IMG/VR virus record: IMGVR_UViG_3300042261_001117
Span: 1-64,000 of that record
Length of the DNA: 64,000 nt
Direction: 5' to 3' (one strand)
Origin: a virus
Position numbers and translations under genes: made by a program. Shown here piece after piece: positions 19,806 through 27,881 of this stretch (position 1 is its first letter; each line of letters starts with the position of its first letter). The notes beneath the pieces are model-generated. The model was not told the DNA's origin, did not search any database, and worked only from the letters and a program-made list of their open reading frames with translations.

Positions 19806-20255
19806 ATGATGCTGCTTCGGCGCTTGTCGTGGCCAGTTCGAATCTTCACCGGTGTGGTCGTTTTGGCGGTGCTGCTCCTGTGCGGAGCGCTGCTGGCGCA
19901 GGGTGCTGAAGCGGTTGATGCGGCGAACCATTGGTCTGCGCTCAACGCCATCGTCAACGTTGCCAGTCTCGTCGGCGGAGTGATCACTGCTGCTGTCGCG
20001 TGGGTCGTCCGGTCGATCAACGCTCGGCTGAAGCGCATGGCGGACTGTCTCGACGCGTTCGTCGAGTGGCAACGCGAACAGTCGGAAGCGACCCGGACAA
20101 ACCTCCAACTACTGGCGACGAAGCAAAACGGGCACGAGGTGGCGTGCGTCGTCGCGCACGGGCCGATGCCTGGACGCCCGGCGGTGCCCGAGGTGCCGTC
20201 GTTCGAGTGGCCGTCTCCTCCGCAGCGAAGATCGACCGACCGAAAGACGTTCTAG
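19806..20255 (+). CDS. Holin-like membrane protein
   Basis: Two hydrophobic segments, then a coiled region and basic 'RRSTDRK' tail; end of structural operon. Confidence 0.45.
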   Translation: MMLLRRLSWPVRIFTGVVVLAVLLLCGALLAQGAEAVDAANHWSALNAIVNVASLVGGVITAAVAWVVRSINARLKRMADCLDAFVEWQREQSEATRTNLQLLATKQNGHEVACVVAHGPMPGRPAVPEVPSFEWPSPPQRRSTDRKTF

Positions 20256-20263
20256 GAGGCCTC

Positions 20264-20677
20264 ATGCAGATCAAGACCATCGCGCAGATCGTCGCGCTCG
20301 TGTTGTACTTCGCGGCGTGGCTGGCCAAGAAGTCGCTGGGGTGGGAGATCCCGCCTTCGGTGCTCGTGGCGGTGGGCGGGCTGCTCACAACGCTGGTGAT
20401 GCACTCGCAGCCAGTCAGCGGGACGTGGGGCCTGCGCGTCACGAAGCTGCTGGGCGTCGTGTTCGCGGTGGTGGCGGTGGCGTTCTCAGTGGCGCCGACC
20501 GAAACTGCCAGCGCGCTGAAGCTTTCGAATGACATCGTCTCCGTCGTGCCCGCGATCGACATCGCCGTTCCGCCTGCGTCGCTCCCCACGCAGGAACCCG
20601 TGGCAGAACCCCCGGCAGCCGACACCACCCCCTCGGATGCCGGGGGCGCCACGGATTCGTTCGACCTCGACCAGTAG
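20264..20677 (+). CDS. Holin-like membrane protein (about 3 TM)
   Basis: GGAGG SD; three hydrophobic stretches and a Pro/acidic tail. Confidence 0.45.
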   Translation: MQIKTIAQIVALVLYFAAWLAKKSLGWEIPPSVLVAVGGLLTTLVMHSQPVSGTWGLRVTKLLGVVFAVVAVAFSVAPTETASALKLSNDIVSVVPAIDIAVPPASLPTQEPVAEPPAADTTPSDAGGATDSFDLDQ

Positions 20678-20761
20678 CCGCTCGCAATACAAGTTGACAA
20701 CCAGCGCGATCCGCGCGAAGCTTTGCTCTGGCGGCACCCACGCCGCCGAAAGGAGCAGGCT

Positions 20762-21547
20762 ATGCATGCGATCCAGTGGGCTCTGATCCCGATCGAAGAC
20801 CGCGTGATGGTCAAGCGGCCGTTCTGCGGCGTGGAGCAGGCGCGCCGCTACCGCCAGCACGACGGGACGCCGCTCGAGCAGATCGTGAGCGAGGAGCGCG
20901 CGGATGAGCTTCGCCGGACGTTCCCGGGCTGCGGTCGCCGCGCGGGGCGGTACGTCGGCGTCACGCTCGAGACGGGCTTCGCGATGGTGCACGAGAGCGA
21001 GGTGGTCGGCGAGGGCGTGGTCGACGTGCCCGACGATCTGCCTGAGCGTCGGAAGATGGAGACGCCGGACGGCGCGGTGCTGGTGAAGCCCAAGAAGGTG
21101 CGCGCCAAGCGAGCGCCGCAGGAAACGGCGTCGCTCAGTACGCCGGACGACTACGCCATAGGGTACGGCGATCCGAACGATTGTGGGGCATCCTCGCGCG
21201 TCAATGCGATGCCGCTGCGGCTCGACTCGACGCCGCACGACGAGCCGCAGCCGTTTTACGAGGCGTACGAGCGCGTGCAGCCGGTCCCGGTCCATCACGC
21301 GTGCCGGTGCGCGGTCGAACCCACGGCGCGCGACCCGCGGCTCCCGGTGGCTGGCACTCCGATCCGCCGCGAGTTCCACGGGGCGATCGTCGAGGTCATC
21401 GAGCAGCCGGACGGGCAGTTCGCGTGCGGGATCGTCGGGGACGACAACAGCGTCGGGCTCTACTCGTCGCTGTCGCGCGCGGCCTCGGCCGTTGCTGGCA
21501 GCAGCCAGAACGGGTTCGTGTGGTTCAAGCTGGGCAAGAAGGAGTAG
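20762..21547 (+). CDS. Protein with C-terminal DUF2924/RAMA-like domain
   Basis: 'LPVAGTPIRREFHG...YSSLSRAASAVAGSSQNGFVWFKL' matches the recalled DUF2924 pattern. Confidence 0.6.
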   Translation: MHAIQWALIPIEDRVMVKRPFCGVEQARRYRQHDGTPLEQIVSEERADELRRTFPGCGRRAGRYVGVTLETGFAMVHESEVVGEGVVDVPDDLPERRKMETPDGAVLVKPKKVRAKRAPQETASLSTPDDYAIGYGDPNDCGASSRVNAMPLRLDSTPHDEPQPFYEAYERVQPVPVHHACRCAVEPTARDPRLPVAGTPIRREFHGAIVEVIEQPDGQFACGIVGDDNSVGLYSSLSRAASAVAGSSQNGFVWFKLGKKE

Positions 21548-21550
21548 CAG

Positions 21551-21928
21551 ATGGACTGGTTCACGATCGCGCTCTTGGTGCTGGTCCTTGCGCTCGGGAT
21601 CGCGCTGACGGTCGTGCGGACGATGGCAGCGCGGCGGGAGTTCGATCTGGAGACGAAGCTCGACGCGGTCCAAGCCGGTAGGAATTCCGCGCACGCGATG
21701 CTCGACGCTGCTTACGCAAAGGTCCGATCGCTCGAGGCGGATCTTGATGCCGAGCGCGACCGGTGCCGCATGCTGGAGACGGGCATCCGAAACGCGACCG
21801 CGGCGGCCAAGAAGGAGCGCGAGGCTCGAGACGCGGCCCAGCTTCTCGCTGCGAAGCGAGCGGAGGAGAACGCGAACCTTCGGCGGCAGATCCGGCACGA
21901 GGCTGCCACGACAGCGCACGGGGTGTGA
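21551..21928 (+). CDS. Membrane-anchored coiled-coil protein
   Basis: N-terminal TM segment followed by Ala/Glu/Arg heptads; AAGGAG SD. Confidence 0.55.
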   Translation: MDWFTIALLVLVLALGIALTVVRTMAARREFDLETKLDAVQAGRNSAHAMLDAAYAKVRSLEADLDAERDRCRMLETGIRNATAAAKKEREARDAAQLLAAKRAEENANLRRQIRHEAATTAHGV

Positions 21929-22173
21929 TGATGGCGATGCGCGACTATCTGGAGCGTCCTGCGGTGTTCGACGAGCACTGCGACGGACCGAAGTGCACCG
22001 GCGCGCGCTGTCCGGCGTACGTGGCCGCGACCTGTTCCACGCTGTTTCCGTCATCGGTCCATCATGGACGGGGCAGATGCGACGAGCCCGGCTGCATTGC
22101 GCTGACGGTGGCGGCGGGAGAAACGTGCACGCCGGAAGCGATTCGGCGCTGCTTCGGGAGGCCACGACCATGA
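21928..22173 (+). CDS. Small Cys-rich hypothetical protein
   Basis: TGATG coupling with previous gene, multiple Cys. Confidence 0.4.
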   Translation: MMAMRDYLERPAVFDEHCDGPKCTGARCPAYVAATCSTLFPSSVHHGRGRCDEPGCIALTVAAGETCTPEAIRRCFGRPRP

Positions 22174-22412
22174 ACGACGGCATGGGCTGGAGCGGCGACG
22201 TGAACCAGATGCTCTACGCGCTCGACACGTTCGGCTGCGACCGGGATGCGGACGGGAAGCGTCTCGTGGCGGGGACGATCGTGCTGTTCCTCGGCGTCGG
22301 GCCCGACGTGGTTGTTGGCGCGGACGCTGTCTACTTCCGCAACGGCAAGCCGTGTTCGATCGCAGCGGCGATGCGATCGACGTCCTACGGGCATGCCGCG
22401 ACGGTGATCTGA
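22170..22412 (+). CDS. Hypothetical protein
   Basis: ATGA overlap, GGAGG SD. Confidence 0.45.
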   Translation: MNDGMGWSGDVNQMLYALDTFGCDRDADGKRLVAGTIVLFLGVGPDVVVGADAVYFRNGKPCSIAAAMRSTSYGHAATVI

Positions 22413-22443
22413 GCGGCCACTGTGGCGGCGCCGGTCGATTGAC

Positions 22444-22529
22444 AAAAATAGTTGGCGAAAAGAGTTGAAGCGACCGCGCGCCGGGCGTACTGTCCAGTCA
22501 CGAGGCGCGGATGACCCGCAGCCGGAGGA
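22444..22529 (+). promoter_or_regulatory. Early-type promoter (AAAAGAG-TTGAAG-17-TACTGT) with leader hairpin and SD
   Basis: A-rich UP-like tract; 28-bp leader identical to 24159-24186. Confidence 0.65.
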
Positions 22530-22533
22530 ACGG

Positions 22534-22815
22534 ATGGCACGGAAGACGCTGATCGATAGCGACCTGATCGAGTTGCTCGAGAGCGCGGCTCTCACGAACG
22601 GGAAGAGCGCCGCGAGGCGCGGCGACGTCGACGCGCAGTCGTGGTGGCACATGTGCGCTGGGCACCTCGGCGACGCGGTCCAGAGCGCGGACTCGATCGG
22701 GTTCGCGGGCATTGCCCGTCGCGCGATCGGGCTGGCGCGCTACTGCGCGGAGACCGCGATGCTGTACGAGGAGTGCACGATGGAGATGAAGATCAGCCGC
22801 CGCCGCGCGGCGTGA
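22534..22815 (+). CDS. Hypothetical protein
   Basis: GGAGGA SD directly after the conserved leader. Confidence 0.55.
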   Translation: MARKTLIDSDLIELLESAALTNGKSAARRGDVDAQSWWHMCAGHLGDAVQSADSIGFAGIARRAIGLARYCAETAMLYEECTMEMKISRRRAA

Positions 22816-22828
22816 AAGGAGCACGACC

Positions 22829-24067
22829 ATGACGAACGCCCGAGACAAGATCGTCGCCGCGGAGACGGCGCTGAGCCAGCGCTTCTTCGAGCGCGAGAAC
22901 CTGATCCGCGGGCTGATGATCGGGCTGATCTACCCGCGCGGCGGGAACCTGCTGGTCATCGGGCCGCCCGGCAGCGCCAAGACAGCCATCGCCAAGGCGC
23001 TCTGCCGCGGCATCGACGGCGCCGAGTTCTTCACCCGGCTGGTCAAGAAGGACGCGCCCCCCGGCGACTACTTCGGCAAGACGAACCCCGCCGCGCTCAC
23101 GCAGGGGCGCTGGGAACTCGAACTGACCGGCTCGGTGCAGAACGCCAATGTCGCGCTGCTCGACGAGGTGTACAAGGGCTCGGCCACCGTGCTCAATCGC
23201 GTCCTCGACCTGATGGAAGAGCGCGTGATGGACCACGACGGTCGGGTGTTCGACCTGCGCGGCAAGCTCCGGCTGATCATCGGCTGCTCGAACGAACTCC
23301 CGGCTGACCCGGACGTGCTGCGCGCGTTCGACGACCGATGGCACTGGCGCGTGGTCGCGGACTACCTCGAGCAGAAGGACAACTTCCTCGCGATGCTGCG
23401 CGGCGCGGTCGGGAGCGCGGCGTCGGTGTACGACCAGCAGGCGCTGCTGACGCTCAACGACCTCGCCATCGCGGAGCACGAGGCCTCGGCGACGACGGTG
23501 GGCGAGGAGATCCTCGACCTCGACTGGGAGATCCGCAACGAACTGCTCGGGAAGGGCATGCGACCGAGCGACCGTAAGCTGGCGAGGCTGCCCGAGGTGG
23601 CGAAGGTGTACGCGTACCTCGACGGGTCGACGACGGTGGAGCCCGAGCACATCGCGGCGTGCGCGGAGTGCATGCTCTGGCTGGAGCCGAAGCAGATCCC
23701 GATGATCCGCGAGGTGGTGGGGCGGCTGGCGGACCCGGTGGGCACGAAGGCGCTGGAGATCCTGGACGCGGCGAAGGCGGCGCTCAGCGAGTACCACACG
23801 GCGTTCGGAACGGCGGTGGACCGCAAGGGCAAGATGGCGCTGGGCGGCGAGTGCAACGCGGCGCTGATCCGCGCGCGGAAGGAACTGGCGCTGCTCAGCG
23901 GCACCGCCAGCGTGACGTCGCAGCGCAAGGTGCAGGCGGCGGCGGCGGAGATCGAGAACTACTACGTCGACGTGGTCACCGCGACGCGGACGCTCTACGG
24001 GAACAAGACCTACCGCGACGAAGTCTTGCGCGATATGCACGAGGCGATGGTCAAGACGGACGCGTGA
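22829..24067 (+). CDS. MoxR-family AAA+ ATPase, RavA-like
   Basis: Walker A GPPGSAKT, Walker B 'LLDEVYK', 'LNRVLDLMEER', 'SNELP', 'AFDDR', 'SDRK'. Confidence 0.85.
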   Translation: MTNARDKIVAAETALSQRFFERENLIRGLMIGLIYPRGGNLLVIGPPGSAKTAIAKALCRGIDGAEFFTRLVKKDAPPGDYFGKTNPAALTQGRWELELTGSVQNANVALLDEVYKGSATVLNRVLDLMEERVMDHDGRVFDLRGKLRLIIGCSNELPADPDVLRAFDDRWHWRVVADYLEQKDNFLAMLRGAVGSAASVYDQQALLTLNDLAIAEHEASATTVGEEILDLDWEIRNELLGKGMRPSDRKLARLPEVAKVYAYLDGSTTVEPEHIAACAECMLWLEPKQIPMIREVVGRLADPVGTKALEILDAAKAALSEYHTAFGTAVDRKGKMALGGECNAALIRARKELALLSGTASVTSQRKVQAAAAEIENYYVDVVTATRTLYGNKTYRDEVLRDMHEAMVKTDA

Positions 24068-24113
24068 GACCGGCCACGGGAGCGGGCCACGAGAATCCTT
24101 CCATACTGCTCAC

Positions 24114-24186
24114 AAAAAGAGTTGCCAAACGGACGCAGCGCGAGTAACGTCCAGCACTGAGGCGCGGATGACCCGCAGCCGGAGGA
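24114..24186 (+). promoter_or_regulatory. Early-type promoter (AAAAGAG-TTGCCA-17-TAACGT) with leader hairpin and SD
   Basis: -35 at 24122-24127, -10 at 24145-24150; 28-bp repeat at 24159-24186. Confidence 0.65.
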
Positions 24187-24193
24187 GACGACG

Positions 24194-24424
24194 ATGGCCA
24201 GCACGATGAGCAAGACGGACTTGGTGGCGAAGGCGAATGCGCTGGTCGCCAACCGCAACGACTGGCACTGCAACCGCATCAGCTACTACACGTTCAAGGA
24301 TCGGTCTGATGACCTGTGGCTTGGCATCGACGAGCCCACTAAGAAGCGAATCCAGCGTGAGATCGCCTGCATCGACGCTGCGAGTCGGAATGCATGCGCC
24401 ACTGGCACCACGAAGGGAGCGTAG
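24194..24424 (+). CDS. Hypothetical protein
   Basis: GGAGGAG SD after the conserved leader. Confidence 0.5.
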   Translation: MASTMSKTDLVAKANALVANRNDWHCNRISYYTFKDRSDDLWLGIDEPTKKRIQREIACIDAASRNACATGTTKGA

Positions 24425-24426
24425 CG

Positions 24427-24645
24427 ATGGACCGCATCCCCGACCACATCAAGCCGATGATCAAGCGCCACAGCTTCGCGGAGTTCCGCGACCTGTCGCT
24501 CGCGCGCCACTACGCCGCGTCCTGCACCAAGTCCCACTGGGTGGTGCTGGGCGATATCGACGACGACGGCGAGAACGGGCGCTACTGGGTGGTCCTGCCC
24601 GCGGACGCCGCGCGGCTCGAGCGCGCTGGCTACCAGATCGACTGA
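24427..24645 (+). CDS. Small hypothetical protein
   Basis: 'YWVVLPADAARLERAGY'; SD present. Confidence 0.55.
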   Translation: MDRIPDHIKPMIKRHSFAEFRDLSLARHYAASCTKSHWVVLGDIDDDGENGRYWVVLPADAARLERAGYQID

Positions 24646-24654
24646 GGAGGTTCC

Positions 24655-26106
24655 ATGCGCGCTCCGACGCCGCTCTACGATCGCATCTCCAATCCCGACC
24701 TCGTCTACAAGACCGGCGCGTGGGACCGCTACCAGTGGCGCTCGGTCAGCAGCGCGCTCCCCGACGCCGCCCAGGTTCTGGCGACCGGCACCGCGCGGAC
24801 GGAGGACTTCGACGCGTTCCCGCGCGAGGCGTTCGCTCGGCTCTACAGCGAGGCGGCGCGGCTCGACGAGCCCGGCGCTGGCGCGGAGTGGGCCACGCGC
24901 ATGCACGACGCGATGGACGCCCTGCCGGAGTGGCAGCGCATGCGGGACACGGTGCGCGGCGACGCGTTCCTCGCGGGCGTCGCGGCGGTGTCGATGGCGG
25001 AGCACCTGCTCGGAGACCTGCCGACGCCCGCGCAGCAGGCGCCCAGCTTCGCGCGGGCGCGATCAGTCGCTCGCGCGGCGGCACGGATGGGGTGTGGCGA
25101 GCAGGAAGCGCAGGAATGCCTCGCGCGCGCCGAAAACGAGGCCTCCGCGCTGGAGATGCCGGAGCAGGAGACGCGCATCGCGGTCCGCGCGGCGATCGAG
25201 AGCGCGGCAAAGGCGGTCGAGGAAGCGGCGAAGGCCCAGGCGGTGTTCGGGCTCGGAGCGGGCTCCGGCGCGGGCAGCGACGGCACCGGCTCGCCGATGC
25301 TGCAGAAGGCCCGGCTGCGCGACGCGATGAAGCGCTCGGACAAGGTCCGCAAGATCGCAGACCTCGCTGGCAAGATGGTGTCGATCGCGGCGCAGAAGCG
25401 CGCCAGCCGCGTGCGCCCGCAGCGCGAGGAGATCGTCGACGTGGTGTGCGGCGACGACATCGACCGCGCGCTCCCCGGACAGTTGGCGCTGCTGGCCACG
25501 GACGCCGGACGCGCGGAGTTCGCGCGCCTGCTCTGCGGAGGAGAACTCCAGTGCTACGAGTACGACGCCAGCGAGCCGAAGGGACGCGGGCCCATGGTGC
25601 TGTGCGTCGACAACAGCGGTTCGATGAGCGGCTTCCCCGAGTGCTGGTCGAAGGCGCTGGCGTTCGGGCTGGCTGAGATCGCCGCCAAGGACAAGCGCGA
25701 CGTGGTGATGGTGCACTTCGACGGGCGGGTGCAGCGGGTCGCGCGCTGGACGCGCGGCGCGATCGACGCGGCCACCGCGCTCGATATGATCGAGTTCTTC
25801 AGCGGCGGCGGGACGGAGTTCGAGCCACCGCTGCGTGAGGCCGTCAGCCAGATCGCTGGCGGGCTCGACGGTGCGGACGTGGTGTTCATCACGGACGGCT
25901 ACGGACGGGTGAGCGCGGGCTTCGAAGCCGAGTGGGCGGCGGTGCGGAAGAGCCAGAAGGTCGTCGGGTACGGCATCCTCATCGGCTACGACCACTGCGA
26001 CGATACGATGCGCCGCCTGTTCGATCGGACGTGGGCGGTCGACGAGCGAAAGCTCGACGGCATGGAGGACGGGCTGCTGGAGGAGATCGCTGCACGGTCG
26101 GCGTAG
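24655..26106 (+). CDS. VWA-domain protein, ViaA-like
   Basis: MIDAS 'VDNSGSM', 'GGGTEF', 'ADVVFITDG'; close to the RavA-like ATPase. Confidence 0.85.
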   Translation: MRAPTPLYDRISNPDLVYKTGAWDRYQWRSVSSALPDAAQVLATGTARTEDFDAFPREAFARLYSEAARLDEPGAGAEWATRMHDAMDALPEWQRMRDTVRGDAFLAGVAAVSMAEHLLGDLPTPAQQAPSFARARSVARAAARMGCGEQEAQECLARAENEASALEMPEQETRIAVRAAIESAAKAVEEAAKAQAVFGLGAGSGAGSDGTGSPMLQKARLRDAMKRSDKVRKIADLAGKMVSIAAQKRASRVRPQREEIVDVVCGDDIDRALPGQLALLATDAGRAEFARLLCGGELQCYEYDASEPKGRGPMVLCVDNSGSMSGFPECWSKALAFGLAEIAAKDKRDVVMVHFDGRVQRVARWTRGAIDAATALDMIEFFSGGGTEFEPPLREAVSQIAGGLDGADVVFITDGYGRVSAGFEAEWAAVRKSQKVVGYGILIGYDHCDDTMRRLFDRTWAVDERKLDGMEDGLLEEIAARSA

Positions 26107-26139
26107 AAGCCGCTGTGGTGGCCAGCGTGCACGTCTATG

Positions 26140-26189
26140 AAAAATGGTTGTCGAAAAGAGTTGCCAGCGCGGAACGAGTCGCGTAACGT
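26140..26189 (+). promoter_or_regulatory. Early-type promoter (AAAAGAG-TTGCCA-17-TAACGT)
   Basis: Upstream AAAAATGGTTGTCGAAAAGAGTTG is nearly identical to 22444-22467. Confidence 0.65.
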
Positions 26190-26251
26190 CCACGATGCCA
26201 GCGACGCCCACGGTTGAGGCGCCGCGCCAACGGTCCGACAGGAGGTGCTTC

Positions 26252-27790
26252 ATGGCCAGCAAGATCACGGTCGCGGGTCGCGAGAACACGTTCAAGCTGC
26301 CCACCGCGGGGCAGCACATCGGCGACATCGTCGCGTGGAACCTCCGCAAGGTGGTGGTCGACGAGCGCACGCTGAAGTCGCTCGCCGACGCCAACGGCGT
26401 GTCGCACGACGCGCTGCCCAAGATGCCCAGCCACGCGCTGACCTTCAGCCGCGTGGCCAAGCGCCCCACCATCGCGCCGAAGGGCGTGCTGGTGCGCGCG
26501 ATCCACGGCACCGAGGGCAACGTCAGCGCGTTCGCGATCGTCGAGGAGACCTACGACGGCGCCGGGCGCAGGGTGGGCCACCAGCAGATCGCGACGATCG
26601 AGTACGACACGAAGTCCGACGCGATCAGCATCGACGCCAGCGGGTCCAGCAAGGGCGCGGAGGTCGCGCAGGCCATCCGCGAGGTGTACGGCGCGGAGAC
26701 GGACAAGTGCACCACGCTCGACGTCAGCCAGTGGCTGGCGGACACGCTGAAGGGCGCGTGCCGGGGCTTCGTGATGCGCGAGAACGGCGGGCTCTACTGG
26801 GTCACCGCCGAGCACGCGGAGGAACTGCGCGCGCTCAAGAAGCTGGTCGAAGGCCTGACGACGAACCAGGGGCGCGCCGAGTTCAACCTGATCCCGGTGC
26901 ACGACTCCGACGAGGCGCTCGAGGCCGCGCAGCGCGCCGCCCGCGACGCGCTGACGGAGGAGATCCGCGCGCTGGCGGAGGAGATCGACGGCTTCAACGA
27001 CCGCACGCAGAAGCGCACGCTCGAGGACCGCATCGAGGCGGCGGACGAACTGGCCGCGCGCGCGGACCTGTACCACAGCACGCTCAAGATGATGGCCGAC
27101 GACCTGCTGGGCCAGATCGGCGGCATGCGCGACAACATCGACCGCATGCTGAGCGGGCGCCCGCTCAAGCCGGTGCGCGAGCACCGCGGGCGCGACACCC
27201 GCCTGCCGCCGAAGGGCACGGTGCTCACCGCGAAGTACAAGGGCCACGCGATCGAGGCGGTCGAGGCCGACGACGGCACGTTCACCTGCACGGTCGACGG
27301 GCAGCAGGCGATGGACGGCGACGCGCCCTTCAAGTTCCGCACGCTGAGCGGCGTCGGGCAGTGGGCGGTCGGGCACGCGGTCAACGGCTACCTGCTGTTC
27401 GGGCTCGGATCGGACGAGCCCGTCGCGACGCCCGCGCCGGAGCCCACGATCGAGACGACGGAGACGGAGCCCGGCCACCTCGAGACGACGGTCGAGTTCC
27501 AGCCCGCGCAGGTTCCCGCGAACGACCCGGCGCCCGACGCGCAGACGGTGCCCACGGTCGCCACGCCGATGACGGACTTCGGGCGCTCGATCCTGATGGT
27601 GATCGGCGACAACGACGGCAGCGCGACCGCCAAGACGATCGCGACGACGCTCGGCAAGAGCACGGTCAACGTGCTCAACAGCGCCAAGAAGCTGGTGGCG
27701 AGCGGGCTGGTCAGCGTCTCCGGCGCGTCGGACGACGCGGTCCTGGCGCTGCTGCCCACCGGCTGGACCGAGTTCAACACCAGCAACTAG
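26252..27790 (+). CDS. Multidomain protein: DUF3150/DUF6744-like N-terminus, DUF2924/RAMA-like domain, C-terminal winged HTH
   Basis: 'RENGGLYWV' and coiled coil; 'LPPKGTVLTAKYKG...TLSG...VNGYLLFGL'; 'TAKTIATTLGKSTVNV...KLVASGLV'. Confidence 0.6.
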   Translation: MASKITVAGRENTFKLPTAGQHIGDIVAWNLRKVVVDERTLKSLADANGVSHDALPKMPSHALTFSRVAKRPTIAPKGVLVRAIHGTEGNVSAFAIVEETYDGAGRRVGHQQIATIEYDTKSDAISIDASGSSKGAEVAQAIREVYGAETDKCTTLDVSQWLADTLKGACRGFVMRENGGLYWVTAEHAEELRALKKLVEGLTTNQGRAEFNLIPVHDSDEALEAAQRAARDALTEEIRALAEEIDGFNDRTQKRTLEDRIEAADELAARADLYHSTLKMMADDLLGQIGGMRDNIDRMLSGRPLKPVREHRGRDTRLPPKGTVLTAKYKGHAIEAVEADDGTFTCTVDGQQAMDGDAPFKFRTLSGVGQWAVGHAVNGYLLFGLGSDEPVATPAPEPTIETTETEPGHLETTVEFQPAQVPANDPAPDAQTVPTVATPMTDFGRSILMVIGDNDGSATAKTIATTLGKSTVNVLNSAKKLVASGLVSVSGASDDAVLALLPTGWTEFNTSN

Positions 27791-27794
27791 AACG

Positions 27795-27870
27795 GCCGCG
27801 AGCGGGGATGGTCCTCGCAGCCCCAGCGCTACCGGTAACCGTGACGGTGGCGCTGGGGCTTCGCGGCTTC
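27795..27870 (+). terminator. Strong intergenic stem-loop / three-way junction (terminator-like, weak U tract)
   Basis: 16-bp stem 27819-27834/27845-27860 with one G-U; outer stem 27795-27801/27861-27867. Confidence 0.5.
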
Positions 27871-27881
27871 AGGAGTACGCG

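Noticed and set aside
22502-24186. 28-bp direct repeats as att sites or transposon ends flanking the AAA+ gene
   Set aside because: Both copies sit at the same position between a promoter and an SD, and no recombinase is present. A leader element fits better, although recombination between copies remains possible.
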